Source: Cycas panzhihuaensis (Eukaryota > Plantae > Cycadophyta). Taken from it: a stretch of 64,000 nucleotides of DNA. A model generated the notes under the pieces. That model searched no databases and was not told the origin of the DNA. It worked only from the letters and a program-made list of their open reading frames with translations. Position 1 is the first letter of the stretch; each line of letters opens with the position of its first letter. This document shows positions 1 to 10,163 of the stretch, in pieces. Position numbers and translations under genes: made by a program. The stretch covers positions 188,487,741-188,551,740 of the forward strand of contig CM041465.1 in NCBI GenBank assembly GCA_023213395.1. Direction: 5' to 3'.

Positions 1-257
1 TATATTCAATAGGATAAACTCATATCAGAATCTTAGGTTATAGGTAAAAGCTCCAAAATAGTGGATATGCTAAGTGCGTTGAAGTTATATAAATGCTATG
101 TTTATCTACTCTCCAAATTTTAGTCCTAGCTTTACCAAGGACTTAGAGAGTTTATTACTTCTCCTTATGTAAATTATTTTCTCTTAATGATTTTGAGTTG
201 TCGATACAAGACATTGAGTTCTACCTATATACTTGAAATATAGTTAGATATTTATAA

Positions 258-545
<288 letters not shown>

Positions 546-1832
546 TTCGAATTCTATTATTAAGAGTCTTTCTAGTAATAGGATTAGTGAATAAATATAT
601 TTTAAATCTTGTGAGATGTCATTTCAAGATAGTGAATGCCATTTTCCTTTTCCTCTTCTTCCTTGAGTTGTAAGTCTTATTTTCCTATGAGGTTGAATAG
701 TTTAATATTGTCTGGCTATTAAATTAAAGGAAAATATCAGATGTATACATCTAGTTTTTATTGGTCTTCTCTATATTACCTTCTTCTAATTTGAAATCTT
801 ATTAGTCAATTGGTAAGCTAAATAATTTAGTATTACTGATATGCCTAGGTACTAGCATGATTTTCTATTAAATTATTTTCTTATTTTATAACTCGTCACA
901 TTCTTCCATAATATATTATAGTAGGTAGTTATTTATGTATTATCTTACTATATTACCTAAATAATTTTATGATAAGGAATCACCCCTTTGAAGCAAAGGG
1001 TCTTTTATTCCCTAATTTTGACCCTTGTCCCTAAGCTAAACTTAAATAATTATAAATGTGTCATACTCTAAATATGTATTTTTTTTAGATAGTATAAATA
1101 TAATGGGAAATAAGAAAATGATAACCAAATTAAGGACTAGTCAGTCTAAAGTTATATTATACTTTTTCCTAAAATTTTATTTTTATATAGAAGATAGTTA
1201 GGTTAGTAGAATAGAAAAGAAGGCCCCATATTAGGTTTCTTAAGAGTAATAGTATAGGGGAAATTTTTGTGTGACTTTTAGACTAAAGAATGGGGAGGCC
1301 ATCTATAGACCAATAAAAGGGCAAAGGTTCATATGACCTAACTCTAGACATAAGGAAATAGGCCTAGGCTAGAGAAGGGAGTCTAATAACTTCTTGTTAG
1401 GACGCTCATATGCCTTGTGGATATGAGTGTAGAGTTGCAAGGTGAATCGAGAGAGTAAAGGGATGTGTGTAGGGAAAAAGGGATGATTTAAATCAAATAA
1501 ACTCTTAAATTAAGCTAGACTAGGCTAAGCCAAGTAACATATAATGAAATAAATAAGTAAACGTGTATGCAATTGAAGAATCTTAAAGAAAAAGTATCTA
1601 ACTAAGCAAATGCCCTTAGACGAGTTAAATAGTACCTAGGAAAAATCCCTAAATACCCTAGGCGTTATTGGGGTATGAATGCCCCAAAGACTAATGTGAT
1701 ATTTCTAACCTAGTTCTAGACCCTGATCTTCTGAGGGTATTGACGTAATCTATCCTATCTAATTAAACACAAATCTTCATTGATTCAATTAAGAAAGAAG
1801 AAGGAGGATTACCCAGAAGAGAGAATAAGAGG

Positions 1833-2092
1833 AATTAGACCATAAGTTAAGGACCTACTTATGGGATAGTTTGTAGGGACTCTCTTACTTGATAACATCC
1901 CACCTATAAGTGTAGGAAGCCTAAGGATGTCTATATCTAATTCTAATTAATCTCAATTTCTAAGAGGTGAAGAAATAGTAAATTTTAGTGCGACAAAAGG
2001 TGTTCACTTGATTCTCTCAACTACATGTAGTCGAGATAAGCATCTACCTCCAAACCATTCAAAACATAGTGAAGTCTTCCTTCATTAGGTGT
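1833..2092. mobile_element. Left part of an old long LTR-like repeat, split by element A
   Basis: AATTAGACCATAAGTTAAGGACCTACT...TTCATTAGGTGT aligns with 55873-56140. The homology resumes at 20061. The true left boundary is not determined. Confidence 0.8.
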
Positions 2093-5000
2093 TGAAATCG
2101 CACCTCGGGGGTGGGGGGGGGGGGTGCTGGGGGCAACTAAACTTGGATGAGATTAAGCCAAACCATCAAAGATTTTGGTGGCTGGGGACTTGCAGTGGCA
2201 AGTAAAAGAAATCACCCACAAAAGGCATCTGTGCGATGGAACATAGGTTTAGGACCCACAAATGGCGCACCAACTACTTTGAGGCAACTCTTCCTTGATT
2301 TAGAGTGGTAGATGGATGAGCAATCTCCTTAGTTTCGCGAGTAACCTCAAAAAAGGGCCCTCCCATCCTTGGATGGCCAAAGGAGAGAGGAAAAAAGGTT
2401 GAGGGAAAGGCTCCTCACATAAAAAGGATATGAGAGGAATGACCTTTAGTAGGAAAAGAGGAAGAACCCACACACGTGATCTTGAGGTTACTCAGGATGT
2501 GAAGGGTCAAAGGGATGGTTGGCTCCACAGGCTAGATATTGACCTAAAGACCAAACAAGGATAGTCTAGCCTAGAGGAATGAGGAAAATAAAGGAAACGA
2601 CCTTGAGAGGGGGTGCTCTTAAGGGGCTAAACCTAAAGGGGATTCTAGGAATGGTGAGTCAACAAAAGGGGTTGCCTTTGCATTTGTTTCTGTTTAGTGT
2701 AAGGTATAGAAATGTTAAATGAAGGCATGGTGTATATAACAATGTTGGATCCTTATGCTTAAAAGAAAAAAGATTACTCTTTGAAGCAAGAAAGTAATAT
2801 AAGACTCTCTCTCCCATTTACCTATGCATACAACCTCACTCTCCTTGTCTTTTAGATCTAAGAAAGGAAGATCATGAAAGATTGCTATATGGCACAAAGC
2901 ATATGCAAAAGATGCAAGGTTGTTAGATGACAATACAAGAAGATGGGAGAGATGTATGCATGCAAACGCATAGATTTCCACTATGTGCACTTTGCAAAGG
3001 AAACAAGTAAGTAAGTGAAGTATAAGAGATCTAAAATAATCTTTTCCCTTTTCTTTTTCACCAAATAACATTTGAATGGGGGAAAGGGGGTAAAGAGAGG
3101 AAAGCTAGAAAAAGAGAGGCATACCCAGAATATAGTAGCCAAAGTAGCACGACGCTTTCTATGCTTGCGATCCTTGTCCTTATCCAACCACGGGTGACAA
3201 AATGAAAAGAGTTCCAGCAAAGAAGGGGACTTTCTTACCTTCCCCCAAATTAAAAAAAAAGGAAATGTAAAGATGATAACTTTGAAAGAAAAAAGAAAGT
3301 AATCGTTGAATAGAGGGGAACATACCTAGAATAGAATCCCCTTTTCTCTCCAAAATGCAACAAGAAAACTTACAACCAAACAAGATTTGCCATTTCCCAA
3401 AGGGCACCAAACATATGCAGGATGGATATACAATATGGGAAATAACAGGATGCAACTATCTTAGTTAAAAGGAATATGTTCACCGCCAATATCACTCTTT
3501 GCTCCTTGTATGTTATTTAGTATGCAATGCGAAAAAAAGAGGAAGAGAAGGAAGGAAGGTAGCTAGCCTCGGAATGGCTAATCCTCCAAATTAGAGGTGC
3601 TCCATGTTGACCCCAAGTACCAAGGTCAAAGAAGAGGCAAATATAACAAGCTTCTAGAAATATAAGCAAAGAAACAATAAACAATGTTAGAAATGTCATC
3701 AAAGTTACAAAAGTTACAACATATAACTTTTGCAAGTTTTACAAGGTTTTAGCCAAATGACAAAAGAGAATATAAAGTGGGGGGCTAAAACCCCACTTGT
3801 GTAAGATCTGTTAGGTTAGTTGCAAGTGCAGCAATGGGCTACCTACACTACTACCAGGAATGATCTCCCTATCAACTACTCTTTGAGGACTCAAGGGAGG
3901 TGTGGAGAAGGAAGAGGTGAGGAGACAAGGGGCCTGGCCTTGAGGAGAAGGCTCGTTGGGTGCAAGACCCTACCTTTAGCTCCTTTCACTCTCTATAGAT
4001 GCCTCTACATTAATGCCTCCTTGAAGAAACTAGGAAGGAGCCAAGGGAAGGAGAAGATAGGTAAGAAGAGGAGGGTTTGCCTCTTGTTTGTAATAGAAAG
4101 GAAGAGAAAAATTACTGCAAAAAGTATTGGCAAATAATACTCATGTTGCTTAAAGAAAGAAAAGTAAAGGATGGGCTCAAAGGTACCTACTGTAGGTGGA
4201 TCTAAGGCAGATCCACCTGTGAAGTTGGGTAGAGAAGCAAACCCTATGGGGTTTATAGGTGAAAACCCCAATAGAGCAACAAGCAAGAAGAAAATTAGAG
4301 CGAGAATGGTAGTTGGAACTTGATAGAGCATTTGGAGCACGATCTCCTCTTGGCTGGCCACATTGCATGCCTGCAACATTGAGTCTGAAGCTACAAGAGA
4401 CCGGTAGCTAGTTGAGAAGTAGATGTAGCAAACTTGGTTCTATTTGCAAGCCATTTTTAGAGGAAGGAGTGGAAAAAAATGAGTGAGAGAGAGATGAAAT
4501 GAGGGTGTTTTTGGGTTTTTAAACCCAACCTTAGGTCAATCGAGCAATTAGGGTTCAGCTTGGGCAAGAAACAAGTCATTTCCACATGGAAATTTTACAA
4601 TAAATGCAAAATTAGCTGTGGCAAATTAAAAAAATAATTGTGGACAGTTACCCCGTGGTAAACTTAACGGTATCACGAAGTTTACATTGATACCATGAAG
4701 TTTAATATAGTGCGGCAGAAATAAAGGAAGAGGGTCCTAGAAGCTCTAAAAGAGGGGAAACTCAGGCCTAAAGAAGAATGGTACTCTATCCAGGTAGTAG
4801 GAGGGAGTTATGAGGCTTAAGGAGGCCATAATAGACAAGTAATAGAGGCAAAAGGTTCCCTAAAAAGATGATAAGTGGACGTCGAGTGGAAACCAAGCCT
4901 AGGCGGGATGCTAGGGGTTATGATACACCAACGAGTGATGTGATTGGGCTACGAAAGTTGAACGGTACTTAGGGACATTGTGGATACATGGAGGAGGGTT

Positions 5001-5231
5001 GTGGAGCACAATGGGATATGTATCCATAAATTATCATAGGCTAAAGAGATGTTGAGATGTAGTGTGGTTAAGCAATGGATGCATAGTGGTCATGTAGTGA
5101 GTAAATCATCATGTAATGTAGGTGAAGTGCCTCAACCTACCTTTTCTAAAACTAATGAGGGTAGGGATAGAAGCATACCTAAACTTACCTAATTCGACTC
5201 ACCCATGTCCATTCTTGGTAGTTGAGAGACA
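2093..5231 (-). repeat. 3' LTR of element A (~3.14 kb)
   Basis: Colinear with 16684-20055, ~85% identity in a ~200-bp stretch counted by eye. Ends ...GAGACA next to the PPT. Confidence 0.93.
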
Positions 5232-5241
5232 CTACCCCCAT
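5232..5241 (-). other. Polypurine tract of element A
   Basis: Minus strand ATGGGGGTAG immediately before the TG of the 3' LTR. Confidence 0.7.
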
Positions 5242-5719
5242 GGAAACAAAGCCTTACTACTCAGAAGCGTAACACGACGGTGAATGCTGGTAACAAAAAA
5301 TTAGCAATATATAATAAATATAATAATGTTATCAACCAAGGGTGATGGAAAGTGTCATGGTAGGATGTGTGGATAGGGAGATGAGAGAGTGGCAGCATAG
5401 GGTTGCCTATGCATCACCCTAGAGTCGACTGGTAGTGACAATAGATGAGGGGGATACCCTAATCGCATAAGTGCAAGATAGATAGTCATGATCACGATCA
5501 AACAAATGATATGTGTGGGATGTTATGTACATAGGAGGACTAGAATAATAAGGACTATGTACCAGGAGCAATATAAATGGTAGGGTGAAGAGAGCAAACT
5601 TGATGGTCACCATAGTTTAGCCTCATTAGTGGCCAACTTTTGGAGGTATGAATAGATTGCAAGATGGGAGAATGGGATGAGATGAAACTTGGGTGGCTAG
5701 GCAACTAGATAAGTTTCTT

Positions 5720-6672
5720 AAGGGGGATAATCAAGGAGAGGGAGGCAACACTCGAGGATGAGATAAACAAGGCCATCCACCTCAGTGTTACGATCCCAGG
5801 GAATATGTTAGATATCTACAAAAGAAAAGCAGGACAAAAAGGACCTAGCGGTTGAGGCGAGGGCTCTCAAGCATGGGCAACATACCTGGTAGACCTAGGT
5901 GAGATAAGACATCACAACCTGAGAATCACAAACAAGGATGATGGGTTCATAGTAGAAGCGGAGCGCATTAGTAAGGGCTTCAATAATAGTTATATACTTA
6001 GCTTCGTTATGGGTGGCTTTGGGAAGGAATACCCCAGAATGCATGTAATCATATTTGGAGGGGTCATGGAGGATCCACGTGATAGCAGAATGGCCTAGGT
6101 TGCCATGACTTCCACCATCGGTGAAGATGAGCAAAGCCATGGGAAGAGAGACAAGGGTCTTAGTGAGACGGAGGTGGAAGAAGAGTGACAACAGGGTTGA
6201 CCAGCCAAGGGAAGGAGCAAATAGAGTAAGAGAGCTATGAAGCACTCGGGTGGCTATGAATAGGGACCATTGAGGATAGGAGAGCCCTAGAAGGAGGTTA
6301 CCTAGGGATGAGGAGACTGACCTAATGGAAGGGAAGGAAATGACGGTGAAAAAGGGCCCCTTTAGGATCCCAAAGGTCACTAAAAGGGCCTTTGTGCAGT
6401 CTAAAATGAGGGAGGCACTTCTTTTGGGAGCCACAAAGGCTCAAACGGGCAACAAAATTAGACTCAATGCAGTGAAATGAGCCAAATAAGCATAAACATT
6501 GGTATGTTTTGAGGTGGTACAAAAATTGAGATAGAAGGGATCTACGAAAGACTAAAGGGGTCATCAGAAATGCACTAAGGACATGGAAAATAGAGGCCAT
6601 AGAGGTGAAATAGGGGATGGGCCCAGAAGGCAAAAGTGATATGGGAAAAGAGGCAATCATAAGGGCTGTCAC
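5720..6672 (-). pseudogene. Stand-alone archaeal-type RNase HI (aRH) ORF with N-terminal extension, in the 3' region of element A
   Basis: ORF 5895-6434 contains IFTDGGSHGNLG...ATHNEAKY...VCDSQVV. Past the stop, the same frame reads *HIPWDRNTEVDGLV, the C-terminal RNase HI motif. Frameshifted upstream part at 6322-6672. Confidence 0.88.
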
Positions 6673-7410
6673 AGTAGAAGGAAAGGAGAAAGTGCCTATC
6701 GAGGCCCTCGCCTATATAAGGGAAACTCAGTGAAAATAGAATTCATTTTCATAGGCTCACGATCGATCTGGAGCCCTTTCCTTATGCAGTGGAGCACCAC
6801 CTAACTTTGGAGGCACGCAAAGGGGGATCATACTATCAGATCAGGGTGAGGAGACAGTCGATGAGACCAGGATGACAAGATGGTGGTAGCCAAGCCAGAT
6901 CCAGTGAGTGGATCACCCCCTACCCATACCATTTCATTGATTTAATTTAATGTGTTTTTAATATTTTTTTAGGTGTTTTTTGGACCCTTAAGGGTAAATT
7001 GGGACCCTCTAGAGCCTGATGTGGGCCCAGAGAGGGGGAGGACTAGGGCATTAGGTAGCCCTGGTCCTAGTGGGCCTGACTATGGTGCACTTAGACATGA
7101 AATTTTTGGTTTTTTGGGCGTTTACCCCCTTTTTATGGGGGGTGTGGGGGCCCCGCGGCAAAATTTGCAGTGCCGCATAGTTTGTCATGGGGCCACTAAG
7201 AAAATGTTGAAATCTCAAATGGGCCCATATCAAACTTCATGGTACTGTAGAGTTTGATGTGGGGCAGAGGGCAACAAGTAGAAAAAAGAAGAAAAATAGC
7301 CCAAAAATGTGCCAAATTCAGCCCAGAGAGGGCGAGAGGTAACCCAAGGATAGGCAAGCTGAGTGTGGAGTGTTGTGACTGGTTGTCGGGTGCTTTTGCA
7401 AGTGGTTATC

Positions 7411-8441
7411 ATGGTAGACAACTATAAAAACATAGGGATTATGATGATGAGATTTATCGAGATAATGAAACAGGGAGATAGATGGAACCTAGGGCAATGT
7501 GGACTACTAAAGATTATTAGGATACCATAATACGTATCAGATCAGCATCTCTTGGTGGACATTGTCATCCATTGAGATCATAGGTGGCATGTTTTCTACC
7601 TCCCTTAAGTGGGAGATATCACGATCACACCAGGAGACATGAGGAGGATCCCAGGCATATAAGCAGAGGGAGCGTTAGCATCATTAGGGACATTGGCTAG
7701 TAATGAAACTGCACACAGGGAGGTGGCCACATTTTTTATTGGCCAAGATAGGTGGGGCTAACAAGGGGTATCAGTCCAGACTATGGTGATGTTGATGATT
7801 CCACAGATGAGGAAGTTGATCACACTGGGCATTCTATTCTGGATTTCTTAGAAACAAAACTATAGGAACATGCCTGGTGGGTGGATGGAGATGGTTAGGA
7901 GGTGTGAGGCCAGGGAGAGATTGGATTGGGCCACTGTGATAGTGGTGAATATGGTCGCCCAGTTAGATGCCACTAGGGTGACAGGAAGAGAAGGATTCTC
8001 TTATTGCACACTACCTTCTCTTATTGCACACTACTACAGTGCTAGTTTTTTTATTATTTTGGGGCAGTAGCACCACTAGGAGGACCACATCCTATCTCAA
8101 TGTGAGCTCTTATGGTGCACAGGTAACAGACTCGATTCAGAGGGACCAAGGACCAGGCACACATCTGATGATCAGTGGAGGTGACATCGCTAGACCTCCT
8201 CACTCTAGTAGACTACATGGCAGACCTGTACAAAAGAGTTAGGTGGGATAGTGATGATGAGATAGGAGGAGCAGGAGGTGGTCCTAGAGATAGAGATGAT
8301 GATGATGGAGGTAACAGAGGTGATAGGTCGGGCCCATCACAAGCGGCAGTTGGTGAGGTAGGTTTATCAGGGAGCACAGGAGGTGAGGTAGAGATTTTAG
8401 GAGTTGTAGGAGGAGGTAGGCTACCCTACACACCAGTTTAG
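7411..8441 (+). pseudogene. Antisense extra ORF: Plant Mobile Domain (aminotransferase-like, MAIN/MAIL-related) with G/D/E-rich tail
   Basis: One frame from ATG 7411 reads ...QCGLLKIIRIP*YVSDQHLLVDIVIH*DHRWHVFYLP*VGDITITPGDMRRIPGI*AEG, matching the PMD pattern W..xHTFHLPxGEMTITLEDVxxILGL. Later RLDWATVIVVNMVAQL resembles PMD WGxAVLAxL. Confidence 0.8.
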
Positions 8442-10163
8442 AGACTAGGTATGGTAGGCAGAGCTTGAGCAATGGTAGCAGTGATAGCAGCAGTGGTAGA
8501 GGGGGGAGGAGACACCCCGACAGGCCAGGCGGTAGGCGAGCTGCTATCGGAGGAGGAGGTAGCAGCGGCCGAGGGAGGTCTCGAGGAGGAGGTGGTTATC
8601 CGAGTTGAGGAGCTAGCCATCCCAGAAGGTGAGACACTATCTTTTCCTATCATCTTTCAACCACTAGTTATTCAAAGGTTTGTTTTGATTTAGTTTTAAG
8701 GATTTGATATATACATAGGTGTATAGATTGATATGTGGTATATTTGACTTGGTAGGAGCAGTAGAGATGGGGAGATTGATAGCAGTGGTAGTTTAGGAGA
8801 TATTCCCCTAGGTCTACATAGAGGGGCAACCTCTCATCTAGGCTGGAGAGGATCCACAATTAGCAGGGGCATACATAACGACATTCACCCTAAGGATCAG
8901 GGCGGGACATATGGGTGGCGGAGTCCTAACAGCACCAGGCAAGGGTGGGACAACTACAAGGGGAGATGGATAGGACTCACATAGAGAGAGACACCTTATA
9001 CAGTTGAGTCCAGGTGTTGGAGACTCAGGGTAGAGGAGTAGGTGGAGATGAAGCAAGTAGAGATGTAGAGATCCGCATCTGGATAGTTGTGCTAGAGGAG
9101 AGACTTTGAGGAGTGGAGGGAGAGAGGGATCATATCTAGGTGTGATACGATCAATTGGTGGACTAGATGGTAGTGAAGTTGTTGAGATGGTAGCAAGGTC
9201 ATCACAAAGCAGGATGCAGACACACACAACGACGATAACCCAGAGGATGCCTCGAGACGAGGGGAGTAAGGTCGGGAGTTCACAAAGGCACAGGAGGAGC
9301 CTAGGAGGCATGTGGTCTCTTGGGGAGACATCACACCGACTAGGAGACGATACCCCTTGAGCATAGGAGCACTGGAGAGCTGGGTATGATGGGTTTTGAT
9401 TAGGAAAGTACTGGATCTCCAAGGAGTCACCATATGTTACCACATGATTGTACTCCTCCCTTTAAGGATTCTAACTTCCTGCAGATGATGTATTATATTA
9501 TTTGTATGATATGATTCTTTATGTATATATACGGGGAGGGGGAGTCCATTGGCACCCTATGTGATCCATGATGATGGTGCTATGATGCTGTATGATGTTG
9601 CATTTGTTGTTTATATAATTATATATTTATGTGTGTGTAGACACGAGTGCACATGTGTACGAGAGACTATAGATCATGGTGATTTTGGTTGATTATTATA
9701 TGGCTTTTATTATTGGATTGTTTGGATGATGCTTATACTTCCTCTCATGTAGGGCCATACTTGTAGCGGGCACACACGACTACTATGAGTGTAGGTGATA
9801 GGCACGTGTGAGGCTAAGAGATAGAGAGTCGTGCATGTCTATCGATAGAGCATAGTGGATATGCAAAGGAAGCACCAGTGAAGAGAGAGAGTATGGGTAC
9901 TCAAGTATGAAGTCCTGGTTGGAGTGTGTTTCCATGATCGGGAGCGATAGAAACCCATACATCCAACAAAGAGGAAAGATTTCCCTCAGGAGGAAAACAC
10001 CAGGTGCTATAAGAGAAAATGGAGAGATAGGAAAGCCACCGCAACCTGTCATTCCACCTATGGTTTGGAGGAATGAAGACGCACTTAGAGTGGTAGTTTA
10101 GGCTTATTTTAGAGCAAGGAAAAGGGGAATTGTTGTGCCTGGCCTACTTGAGAGTGAGGATAG

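Noticed and set aside
3820-4137. Lys/Arg-rich plus-strand ORF in the LTR (also 18752-18949)
   Set aside because: Non-ATG starts, antisense shadow of the hydrophobic ORF, explained by composition.
5895-6140. RNase HI as a host or horizontally acquired bacterial gene
   Set aside because: It lies between INT and PPT inside element A, and aRH is an established Tat domain.
8838-9443. 201-aa minus-strand ORF as a gene
   Set aside because: Pro/Leu/Ser-rich shadow of a purine-rich plus strand with no motif.
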